DNA of 63,787 bases, filler included, from Corallochytrium limacisporum Hawaii (Eukaryota; Protista; Pluriformea), in NCBI GenBank assembly GCA_002811645.1. It is 4 parts of 4 records of this genome, joined end to end, with 100 filler letters (N's around TTAATTAATTAA, not from the genome) between each part and the next. Parts side by side here need not be neighbours in the genome. Positions count along the whole stretch, not along the records: positions 1 to 20,406 come from PDIP01000155.1; 3 more parts are not named here. One strand, 5' to 3'. A program made the translations under genes and the position numbers. The notes beneath the pieces were generated by a model. It had not been told where the DNA came from. It worked only from the letters and a program-made list of their open reading frames with translations, and searched no databases. Every line of letters begins with the position of its first letter. Positions within the stretch are counted from its first letter, which is position 1. Shown piece after piece: positions 1 through 9,634 of this stretch.

Positions 1-32
1 GGGTCTCACAGTGGTTTTTTCTGTGAGTGGTT

Positions 33-54
33 CCCCCCCCCGGGGGGGGGGGGG
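33..54. promoter_or_regulatory. C9-G13 palindromic tract upstream of TOA2
   Basis: The same CnGn element occurs at 20367-20406, 20539-20555, 36282-36306 and 63279-63297; regulatory role is inferred from position. Confidence 0.5.
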
Positions 55-358
55 ACCCGGGGAGGGGCAGTGGGTCCCTGCGATTCGATTCTCTTGGCGT
101 TGAACCGTCCAAATGAAGGGTTGTTTTATCTGTGGAAATGAAGGTATTCTAAAGAACATCGCATTTAACTGAATCTATTTGTTTGCGTAATTGTATTGAA
201 ACAAACTTCTACTGCGAAGTACGAAAAGAGACAAAGGGAAACTTTTCAGTGTTAAGTTCGAAGACAGGCTAATGGAACAATAAACAACAAAAGAGATATT
301 GAGATAGATCAGTGACTGGAAAGCTTGAGATAACACATACCGAGTTACAGGAACCAAA

Positions 359-805
359 ATGGACGTTAGCAAGATTTTGTATGGTAGTTCTGGTCTGGGG
401 CAAGCTTTGGAAGAAACAATTCGTGACTTTATGGAGGAGGGACGGCTGACGGAAGTTCTTGCTGGTAAGATTCAAGAGCAGTACCTGAAGTCTCTTTTCG
501 TAATTCTTGCGCAACAGAAGAATCGAGTTGATATCAAAGCAAAATTAGCAACATACAGACATGCAGATGACGTGTGGCGGTTAACGCTTGAAGATGCAGA
601 CTTTGAGGATCGAGAGACCGGCCGAATGCGTCGCAGTCGGAAGGCTCGCATTGTAGCACTGCCCAAGAATGACATTTTGGAAAAGACGGGAAGCAAGGAC
701 GAGGTTGCTGAACAAGAAGCACAGTATGTACAGACCAGTCGACGTCGCAAGCGTACGACGCCATCCAAAAAGAAACATGACGATGCGGGCAATGAGGAGG
801 GATAA
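359..805 (+). CDS. TOA2: Transcription initiation factor IIA gamma (small) subunit with basic/acidic C-terminal extension
   Basis: LYGSSGLGQALEETIRDFMEEGRL...KAKLATYRHADDVWRLTLEDADF follows the TFIIA-gamma pattern (LYR.STIG..L.D.L...GRI...KG.LDTY.FCDDVWTF). Confidence 0.8.
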   Translation: MDVSKILYGSSGLGQALEETIRDFMEEGRLTEVLAGKIQEQYLKSLFVILAQQKNRVDIKAKLATYRHADDVWRLTLEDADFEDRETGRMRRSRKARIVALPKNDILEKTGSKDEVAEQEAQYVQTSRRRKRTTPSKKKHDDAGNEEG

Positions 806-1641
806 GGTACCCAGAGCATCGCCTTACTACCGACTTAAGTGGTTTATGGTTCGTGTAGGAGGTAGAATACCCCTTGCCAATAGGAAGAGATCATGGGTAT
901 TGTCACTTTCAGCCACATGACCATCATGCGATCCGTAGTGACACCATTTCTATTGTAATCGAGAAAACGCAATACACACTCAAGCATTCTTACCTGTACA
1001 TTTAAAAGTCGTCGCACTGGGGATCTCCGAATCCCCCGAGGTACCGACAGTACTGACAAGTGGGAGTCCAATTTTTGCAGGTCCGGTCCCCAACGTACTC
1101 TCATTCCTCTGAACCTCTTACCACTGTTTGTCTTTTAGTCGGCTTAACATTTTCGCCGTTGACTGTCTGTCTCCATTTCCCCCCTCCTCATCTTTTCTCT
1201 GTGTGTCTGTGTTTCGCTCCTCCCCCCGAGGCCCCCCCGCTCTCCCGTCTCTCCGGTTACTTCGTGCCCGCCGATCGCGGCCATGGTGTCGAGTGGTCTC
1301 GGGTCGGGTGGACCGACTTAGTCTTGTGCGTAACAGCTATCCGGAGACCATAAGGGACATGAATACTCGTTAGCTGCACTATCTGAGCCTTGGTGCTAGG
1401 TACTTACAGGGTTGTTCCTTTGTAATCCATACGATGCCGCTGTAATATGGACTGGCTCAAAATTGGGTCGTGGCGACCATATTGTCGATGGTCAAGGGGA
1501 AGTAGTGAAGTCAGCGAAAAGAGAAGCAGAATCGCCATGAGTAAACTCTTCACGTAACAGACTGACGACTCTGCCATTCGCCAATCAGAGCGTCAGCGGT
1601 AGGTAGGACTTGCTTGTAACACCAATAAAAGGTAACACACC

Positions 1642-3957
1642 ATGTCAAAAGCGATAAGGTTGACCCCTATTGGCCGCATGCTGGTGCGATGGGTCGGATT
1701 CGGGACCTTAGTGATTGCTATGTTCCTATTGTCAGCAGGATTGAACAGGGCATTACTTGCACTACTTCAGCCCGGAGACGGCCGTACTGGTGGCGGTGAG
1801 TTGAATCCATTAGAGGAGCAGCCACACTTAGGCACCCTAGAGAATACTGACGTCATGAATGTAGTTGTCAAGAGCGCACACAACGGTGCTCATTTTCGCA
1901 TCAATAACGAATTAATTTTTGCGACAAAGAAATCGCAACGTGGCATAGCTGTGGTAGTGGTGAATATGCAGTCAGGCAAGGTGACCAGCGCAAAGGTCTT
2001 TGATACCTTTTTGCGTGGTGGTAGTGAAGCACTGGAAACTTTCTTGACTGGAATTCATGAGGATCGAATGGTGTTATTCGCAGTCAAGGACGAAGGCAGT
2101 CATTCACTCACGGATGTTGTGAAAGACATCATTCAGTCCCAGTTCGGGAGTACCCGGATTCACGATCTCGACTACTTGGATACCTGGGCTTTCATTGCCT
2201 TCCAGGGATCGGTACAGCCAGACAGACTTTCTCCAACTGGTGCCTTGTCGAACACTGATACTTTGGAGCAACACCTGGAAGTCCTCTCCAAGGGTCGGGA
2301 TTTCGACTCCCCTGGAGAGCTGGCCAAGGCTACGGTGAGCGTGCGACTGCTATCTAAAGAACATCACATCTATTGTGCTGGATGGAAGGAAGAGAAAGCT
2401 GAAGATGGGATTTCGTCGCTAACGGAGCAGCGGAGACAGTTCTGTATTTCTTACGAGGGCTATGGCGCGCTGTGTCGCTGCAGAGATCCTTTGCCAGTGC
2501 GCTTTCCAGCGCGGCCCATGCCGCAGATTTCACGGCCCAATTGGCCTTGGACTCTTGCAGAGGAAGCGGACGAACAACAGACGTTGTTCAATCACATCGC
2601 CGGTATGGACCCGAGCTACCGTTCTCATGGACTGCTGCACCGGGCTCACTCAGATGATGACTTTGATGGTCTGACTCGAGAAGCAACAGAGGCACTCTAC
2701 AAGCACAGCACTGAGGCAGTACGAGCATTAATTGGGGATGCGCAATTCTTGGCATCAATTCCGGTCGCTGTCATTGCGTCCAATCGACCACAATACTTAC
2801 ACCGCACGCTTAGTGCTCTGTTGCGGGCAGACGGTGTGACGCGAACGTCAATCAATGTTTACGTGGACGGTGACCATCCGGAGGTTAGTGACGTTTGCAA
2901 TCTCTTGGGTATCTTTCACCGCAATTTTCAGGCGAGGGGTAGCCGCAGCGGGCGCATTGCGAATCACTACAAGAATAGTTTGACCCACGCGTTCGAACAT
3001 TTTATAGATGCACGGTATCTATTCGTCATGGAGGAGGATCTGGAGGTAAGCCCGGACGTGTTCACATACTTTGCACAGCTTGTCCCAGTTCTGGAGGTGG
3101 ATCCCTCGCTATACTGTATCAGCGCATGGAACGACCACGGTTTTCCACAGAGTTCGCATGACCCTGCCCTGGTCTACCGCACCGATTACATGCCGGGACT
3201 TGGCTGGCTACTAAAGCGGGAGCTGTTCGAGACAGAGCTCGGGCTCAAGTGGCCCATTCCAGAGAAGCGTTGGGACTGGGACATGTGGATGCGCAATCCG
3301 CGGATTAGACAAGGACGGGAGTGCCTCTACCCGGACGTATCTCGCACATTCCACTTTGGTGCCAGCGGTGTGAACGTCAACAACTACTTCCAGAACGCAT
3401 ACTTCTTGGGTCGCAAGAAGAATGAGGAGCGTGGCGTGCAGCTCCACGACCCGTCTCGGTTGCTCAAGAGAAATTATGAAGAAGACCTGCAGCACCTTGT
3501 GTCACACGCACGCGTGCTGGACCACTCGAAGGATCCGTGTGACCCAGACTTTGTGCCTACGGATGTCCAGGGCCAGGACTTCGTCTTTGTCTATGAAATG
3601 AATACTCGCAGAGATCCTGACCACTTTCTCCAGGCGTGTCGGTGCTTTGGCATTTGGGATCTGGACGTCCGGGCCACGCACCGAGGACTGAGTCGCTTCT
3701 GGTATAATGGCAACCGCATATTTGCTATCGGCCGGTACTCTCCGTATTGGATGTTTGTACCAGAGTTCGTGGAACCAATCAACGTGCGCAATCATAAAAG
3801 ACCAGGGGGTCCCACAGTGGTCGGCAAGCTAAAGGAAGTCATGAAACAGGAAGAAGAGCAGGCGAAGGAACGTCTTAAGGTGAGGAAGAGAGAGTGGCAA
3901 TTGGCACATGGTATCGTACCCGAGGATGACGATGATGACAACGCAGCACCGATGTGA
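1642..3957 (+). CDS. POMGNT1: Protein O-linked mannose beta-1,2-N-acetylglucosaminyltransferase 1-like (GT13; type II membrane protein with ILEI/PANDER stem)
   Basis: N-terminal TM helix; stem motifs RGIAVVVVN...FDTF, AVKDEGS, DTWAF, FCISYEGYGALC; GT13 motifs IASNRPQYL, IANHYK, MEEDLEVSPD, CISAWNDHG, MPGLGW, WDWDMWMR, PDVSRTFHFG. Confidence 0.9.
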   Translation: MSKAIRLTPIGRMLVRWVGFGTLVIAMFLLSAGLNRALLALLQPGDGRTGGGELNPLEEQPHLGTLENTDVMNVVVKSAHNGAHFRINNELIFATKKSQRGIAVVVVNMQSGKVTSAKVFDTFLRGGSEALETFLTGIHEDRMVLFAVKDEGSHSLTDVVKDIIQSQFGSTRIHDLDYLDTWAFIAFQGSVQPDRLSPTGALSNTDTLEQHLEVLSKGRDFDSPGELAKATVSVRLLSKEHHIYCAGWKEEKAEDGISSLTEQRRQFCISYEGYGALCRCRDPLPVRFPARPMPQISRPNWPWTLAEEADEQQTLFNHIAGMDPSYRSHGLLHRAHSDDDFDGLTREATEALYKHSTEAVRALIGDAQFLASIPVAVIASNRPQYLHRTLSALLRADGVTRTSINVYVDGDHPEVSDVCNLLGIFHRNFQARGSRSGRIANHYKNSLTHAFEHFIDARYLFVMEEDLEVSPDVFTYFAQLVPVLEVDPSLYCISAWNDHGFPQSSHDPALVYRTDYMPGLGWLLKRELFETELGLKWPIPEKRWDWDMWMRNPRIRQGRECLYPDVSRTFHFGASGVNVNNYFQNAYFLGRKKNEERGVQLHDPSRLLKRNYEEDLQHLVSHARVLDHSKDPCDPDFVPTDVQGQDFVFVYEMNTRRDPDHFLQACRCFGIWDLDVRATHRGLSRFWYNGNRIFAIGRYSPYWMFVPEFVEPINVRNHKRPGGPTVVGKLKEVMKQEEEQAKERLKVRKREWQLAHGIVPEDDDDDNAAPM

Positions 3958-4424
3958 AAGCGGTTGGATTGATGCTGCAACTCATGATATAATGGATGTA
4001 ATTCATTTTGTATAATGAAATCAAAATTGTTTTACCAAGTTTTAGTAGACATAGGAATGCTTGTAAGGCTCGATAGTAATGAATTTTTATCCACTAGGTG
4101 CGAAGAAGATTACTGATAAACTCCAAATCGCGCCAGTGTAGGCGTAACAGCACCATCTGTTTCGGCTGCCGAGAGGTTATCATTGTCGGTCGACCCTGGC
4201 TCTTGCCACCCTTGAGCACGCCGCGAAGCTTCGGTGGTATGTCTTTATAATCTACCACTGTGCGAACGTATGGGAACTAAACTTCGTCACCGCCGGGGCA
4301 AGAGCTTGGTGCCATCGCCACCACATTCTACCGCAAACAGTTGACGCGAATGCCGATTCACTATGAGTTAGGTAAAAAACATGTCCTACTCAAGGGAAAG
4401 GGCACTAAACGAGTGACACTGCAC

Positions 4425-7403
4425 CTAACCCTCGGGGACAGCGGGATTTCTGCAGACAAAGTCAGAGATTGAGGGCCGCTGGTCGGCCGCGCCTCCCTCC
4501 GCTTGGAGCCTCACGCGGCGGACGGGTTGGAAGGTGGCGGGTACCTTGATGACCTTTTCGGAGATGGTAGCCGCAGCAGCGCTGTCGTTCTGTGCCACCG
4601 GAGCAGATGAATCAGTGCGAAAGGAGGGCTGAGTTATGCTGGCCATGACTTGGGAGAGCAGGAGTGACACGGAGGGGAGCATGTGACCCTGCTCGTAGAC
4701 GCCAAAGATCGTCTTCATCAGGCGATCTTGTCCTGCAGCCTGGCGTTTGCGGCTGGCTGCCATGGTGACGGTGGCCTCACCGTCGGTATCACCAGTAATG
4801 TCATTGTCGTTGTCTTCGTCCATATCAATGGCCAAACGCTTCGTGCCCTGAGCCTCGTCTTCTCCCTGCAGCTTGACTTCCTCAATGCGGTCATCTGCCC
4901 CGCCTGTGGCAATGTACAGACGGCCTGCATCCTGCAGACAGCACAGTGCCGCGTTTTCCGTGCTACTATCGGACAGAGGTACGTAGCACAGAGCTGCCAA
5001 CGGCTTGCTGCCAACGTTGAATGCCGTCGGCGCCTTCGCGGTGTCCTGCACGGCATACTCGTAGGCCCCGCGGTTTCCCGAGTTCTCGCAAATAACTGCA
5101 AAGCACGCATCTTCCGACGAGGATAACGCTGTTTGAGATCTCAGAGGCTTCGGGCCCGCGGCAATGCTTTCAACGATCTTTCCGTGGCCATCAACCAAAC
5201 CCTGCATTGAGCCCGTCAGCAGATTCCAGATGTAGATCTTTTCGCCTGTGCTGGCGAGCAGGATTGGGTGCCCTTGGGGGGTTGAATGCAGCCGCATAAC
5301 CGATTCACCGGGGCCACAACCCACCAATGTACTAATGAGTTCCAGAGTCGTAGAGGCCCAAACAGTAATAATTTGTCCAAAGCTTACAAAGATCGTGGAA
5401 CCGTCCCCAGACAGAGCGGCGCACTGACTGCGCATGCCTTTGTATGTTGCTGACAGGGTCCGGGTCCAAGAGCTCGGAGCAGTAGACTTACGTGTGTGCC
5501 TCCCTGTGCCTCCTACCGGCTCCCATTTGAGTATCTTACCATCATTTCCGACGGTCCAGCAACAGTTCTCGATCGGATGGTATAAAACTGAATGAATATC
5601 CCATGGACAGGCCATGGGCATGCCCCTTAGGCTGTGGTACTGTGACAGAGTGTTTGCTTCGTGGGGCTGGTCTGCTAGGGCGACTCGCCGGTAAATGGGC
5701 TTGCCTGCCTGCTCATCCACACGACTCCAAAAAGACAGACGACTTCGTGGAAACAGCAGAGAGACGTCAGTGGCGTGGTCTTTGTGCTGTGTCTGTTGAG
5801 CACCAGTGGATTTGGCTTCCATAGTCTCTCTCGCAGAGTCAAGCCAGCTCTCCACAGTGACCAGCACACTGGCACTGCTGTTGAAGGCGGCTGTGCTGAT
5901 CTGGCGATGCTGAACCTTGCCGTGATCTGTGGGACCGAGGACGTTCACAGTCTCGAGGTTAATAGTGTACACATGACGGTCATAGAGCACATCATAGACC
6001 TGAAGTTGGCCGGGGCCCGCATCCAGGATCACACTATGCCTATTTCCCAAGACAGGAGGTGCCGGGATCATCAACCGTTGTTTGCGCTCCTGCGCAGCGT
6101 CAACGTGGATTCCCTTGATTTCCAAAAAGATCTGGAGGGTATTGGTGTTTACAACCTTGACACTATTGTTGGCAAAAGTCAACACAACACTCACACCACC
6201 AGACGCGTTGCTCGCATCATCGTCCAAGTACACACTGCCAACAATTCCAGATCCTAAGCGTGGCAGGAACGTCTTGGCATTACTGCTCAATTGCCACACT
6301 ACCATGACACCCTCCAGACCACCACTAACGCAATAACCCCCGTCTGGGCTGAGAGCAATGGCAGCTACTCCCTGAGCATGCCAATGGAGAGTGGTGATGG
6401 GCACCTGTGGTGGCATCAGACTGGCAGCGTGTTGCTGTGTATCTTCTTCATCAAGAATGTCCCCGTTAGGCAACTGTTCTGCCTTACCAGCGCTCTGAAT
6501 GGTCAGGTTGAGCAGCGCATCGAGGCGCAGAATGCTTATCTCACCGATTGCATTACCCAAGGCAACACGGGGTCGCTCCCGGTCACCGGCAATGCAAGTG
6601 TAGCGATGCTTACCATCAACCCTGTAAACTTTCCTTGTGCTAATGTTATAGATGCGGCACTTATTATTCCATATCATGACAGCCATATCGCCGCCACAGG
6701 TAGTCAGCTTCACGGAACTCACCTCAAACTTGCGAGTCGTGTCTGTATCATCTTCACCCTTCTGATTTTCTCCACCGTCATGATCCAGAGACACTCGGTG
6801 GGTGCCCAGTTGAGAAATTGTACAATCCGTATCACTGTCGTCGTGTCTCATATTCAGTTTTGATACAAACAGGCGCAGCATGAGCTTGTTCTTGCCTGAC
6901 TTGGTCATTGCCACACCAATCAACTGGCTTGCCTCCGTGGGATGTGGTGCCATATCGATTATGGCCATCTTGCTGGAGTTGCCCTCTTCAAGAGACTGGA
7001 GAGGTATTTGCCAAGTCCGGAATACGCTGCAGTCCAATGTATCCATCCCAGCGATGCTGCCCTTGTGCCCGCAAACAAATAAACGGAATCTCTGTCCCAT
7101 AGGCTTGCATAACGCAACAATGTTCTCACCTGGTAGGGGAATGAAGGTGTGCAATCTCTGCCCCGTGCGTAGGCTGTATATCCGTAGGCGCTCACCATCT
7201 GCCGCAAAGAATTTCTTACCATCCTTCGAAGTTGCCACCGTCCGGTTGTACAGTCCACCACCAAGCATGTGGTCGGACGGAACTGATTCACTCTTTGTGA
7301 TCATCTCCTGTTCACTGTCTAGAATCCTAGCTGCAACCACTTCACTCTTTGAGGAAGTTTTCGTTTTTGCTCCTCGTTTCTTCGGGGAGGCGGGGGTCAC
7401 CAT
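4425..7403 (-). CDS. WDR75: WD40 double-propeller t-UTP subunit of the SSU processome (WDR75/Utp17/Nan1 family)
   Basis: TTLHWHAQGVAAIALSPDGGYCVSGGLEGVMVVWQL...FLPRLG signature, AALSGDGS.IFVSFG..ITVW, and C-terminal H.LPSV motif. Confidence 0.85.
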   Translation of the reverse strand: MVTPASPKKRGAKTKTSSKSEVVAARILDSEQEMITKSESVPSDHMLGGGLYNRTVATSKDGKKFFAADGERLRIYSLRTGQRLHTFIPLPGENIVALCKPMGQRFRLFVCGHKGSIAGMDTLDCSVFRTWQIPLQSLEEGNSSKMAIIDMAPHPTEASQLIGVAMTKSGKNKLMLRLFVSKLNMRHDDSDTDCTISQLGTHRVSLDHDGGENQKGEDDTDTTRKFEVSSVKLTTCGGDMAVMIWNNKCRIYNISTRKVYRVDGKHRYTCIAGDRERPRVALGNAIGEISILRLDALLNLTIQSAGKAEQLPNGDILDEEDTQQHAASLMPPQVPITTLHWHAQGVAAIALSPDGGYCVSGGLEGVMVVWQLSSNAKTFLPRLGSGIVGSVYLDDDASNASGGVSVVLTFANNSVKVVNTNTLQIFLEIKGIHVDAAQERKQRLMIPAPPVLGNRHSVILDAGPGQLQVYDVLYDRHVYTINLETVNVLGPTDHGKVQHRQISTAAFNSSASVLVTVESWLDSARETMEAKSTGAQQTQHKDHATDVSLLFPRSRLSFWSRVDEQAGKPIYRRVALADQPHEANTLSQYHSLRGMPMACPWDIHSVLYHPIENCCWTVGNDGKILKWEPVGGTGRHTRKSTAPSSWTRTLSATYKGMRSQCAALSGDGSTIFVSFGQIITVWASTTLELISTLVGCGPGESVMRLHSTPQGHPILLASTGEKIYIWNLLTGSMQGLVDGHGKIVESIAAGPKPLRSQTALSSSEDACFAVICENSGNRGAYEYAVQDTAKAPTAFNVGSKPLAALCYVPLSDSSTENAALCCLQDAGRLYIATGGADDRIEEVKLQGEDEAQGTKRLAIDMDEDNDNDITGDTDGEATVTMAASRKRQAAGQDRLMKTIFGVYEQGHMLPSVSLLLSQVMASITQPSFRTDSSAPVAQNDSAAAATISEKVIKVPATFQPVRRVRLQAEGGAADQRPSISDFVCRNPAVPEG

Positions 7404-8304
7404 ATTGATTCTTTACTATGCTACAAGCTACTTTCCAAACCTCTTTAGTCTACATCCTGGATCCCGTTGTGCACGCCCTTTCGTTTTGTCCGCCTTACGT
7501 CAGCAGTTCAGCAATCTTGCGCCTGTGTTTATTGTGGAAGAAGTTTAAAAACCTTAACTGAATTCTTCCCTTAAGCAGGTTTCTTGAATTGCGCAAAATT
7601 ATTGCGACTGACCTGTACGTGCATGCTTCAAGGTGAGCGCCATGAGACCCGCCCCCCACCCCACCACCCTCACACCCTCCCTATACACTCTCACCGCACA
7701 CGCGCAGCCACGAGAGAATGGGGGCCTAATTTTTGTCGGGACCCAGTAAGGGTTCCCCTGCTCATCACCAGCACACGTGGAACGGTAATCAAATCAGCCC
7801 CTTCAAGCTTCACTGTGGGCCGCTCACCCAAGCCATTCACTATCAATCCAGACGAAGACAATCAGAGTGGTTGGCTTGAGAACGATAGGTCCAAGTTCCA
7901 CAGCACGGAAAGCTGTTGTGGTCTGTTGAAGGCACAACAACAGAAGGTACCAGTGGTATCATTCGTGCGTTCACAAAAAAATTCGATTGGGGTTTGGAAT
8001 CGTGAAAGAAATCTCTATGTACGGCTTTCCCAGTGGGGTATCCGTCGCCCAGCAGAGTCTTTGACAGACAGTGACCTTCGGGCAGTGTGGGACGCTTGGT
8101 GTGGAAGCAGGGCCATGAGTTGAAGTGGAAAGTTCCTGAGGGATATCATAGCGATTTAGTTTAGACATGAAAACAATAACCCAGTCGTTGCAACTGACAA
8201 TTGTTGGGTACTTGAACTGCTGATCATAAAACAATTAACACTTGAGCTGCCTGGTCCACTAGAGAATTCATTTCCCGTACGTAAATTCCTTTAAAACAAC
8301 AAAT

Positions 8305-8763
8305 ATGTCCAACACTGAGCGCACCTACATCATGGTCAAGCCGGACGGCGTCCAGCGCGGTCTGGTCGGTGAGATCATCAAACGCTTTGAGGCCAAGGGT
8401 TTCAAACTCGTCGCCCTGAAGATGACCAGCCCTTCCAAGGAACTGTTGGAGAAGCATTACACTGATCTGAGCTCTAAGCCTTTCTTCCCCGGTCTCATCG
8501 AGTACATGAGCTCTGGTCCCGTTGTTTGCATGTGCTGGGAGGGTAAGGGCGCTGTCAAGACTGGTCGTGTCATGCTCGGCGCCACCAACCCTGCTGACTC
8601 TGCCCCAGGCACCATCCGTGGTGACCTGTGCATTGAGGTCGGCCGCAACATCTGCCATGGTTCCGACGCCGTTGAGTCTGCCAACAAGGAAATTGCTCTG
8701 TGGTTCGGCGAGGGTGAGCTGAACGCCTGGGAGAAGGCTGACAAAAGCTGGATCTACGAGTAA
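8305..8763 (+). CDS. NDK1: Nucleoside diphosphate kinase (group I)
   Basis: [37 protein letters not shown] active-site His, C-terminal WIYE. Confidence 0.97.
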   Translation: MSNTERTYIMVKPDGVQRGLVGEIIKRFEAKGFKLVALKMTSPSKELLEKHYTDLSSKPFFPGLIEYMSSGPVVCMCWEGKGAVKTGRVMLGATNPADSAPGTIRGDLCIEVGRNICHGSDAVESANKEIALWFGEGELNAWEKADKSWIYE

Positions 8764-9634
8764 ATCATCTGATCCCACATCCAGTCGTCTCTAAACTTGG
8801 CACCAAATCGTAGTCTTGATGCGAGTGTAGGTTCAATACAATCATTGTGCAATCGGACTTCACATACTTTGGAATGTTTCTGTGTGTTATGTGATTTTCC
8901 TCGTGGTGTCCTCATGTTCCTATTGCAAGTTTGGTTTTTCAGTCAAACTCGCAACACGTCACCCAAGAGACTCCGTAAATCTGTCGCTCTCCTGTCCGTG
9001 CTCCCCCGCCACCGACCATTCTCTACCCAACCTTCGCTCTTCCGTCACACAGGTCTCCCAGCAGAGATCCGACCCTCCCGGCACCTGAGACCGAGCAATT
9101 TGAGACACTCGCCTCCCCCCCCCCCTGGGCTTCCCCGTACCTCCACCGGGGGGAAGGGCCTTCACCCCTCCTCGTCCCTGAGCGGGGGATAGCGGACCCA
9201 TAGTTTTTCTTGCCTTTCCCAGAAGCCGGGAAAAGGGAAACCTCCGCGGGGACGGGGTTAGGGGTCTCGCACTCACCCAGTTCACGAGGCTTTTTTTGCG
9301 CGCGAAACTGGAGTCCCGGAGCACAGTGCTGATGGGGAAGGGGAAGGTGGTGCGTGTTTCGTCGATTTGGGTTTTGCGATACAGATGAAACATGGAATAC
9401 AGGCTCACATTGACGGAGCTTACGTTGGCAACATCGGCTATTTGATCGGTTTATTTGTATTCTCAATATGATATGATGAGAGTAGGTCTACACAGGCACA
9501 TATGCATCGATTTGTCCGGGGATGATCAGCTAGCTCACATAGCTCAGGATCTGTGGCCGGTTAACTCCCGCGTTCGGTCACATGTGAAATGCAAAATCAC
9601 GTGCAATATATCAAAATTCCAACAAAAATAAGTC

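Noticed and set aside
4362-4429. Possible intron at the WDR75 3' end (GTTAGG...CCTAAC...TAG on the minus strand)
   Set aside because: Weak donor; splicing adds about 24 residues with no recognisable conservation and the unspliced ORF already looks complete.
7584-8123. 179-aa ORF in the WDR75/NDK divergent spacer
   Set aside because: Starts at TTG, runs through the C-rich upstream element, and has no recognisable domain.
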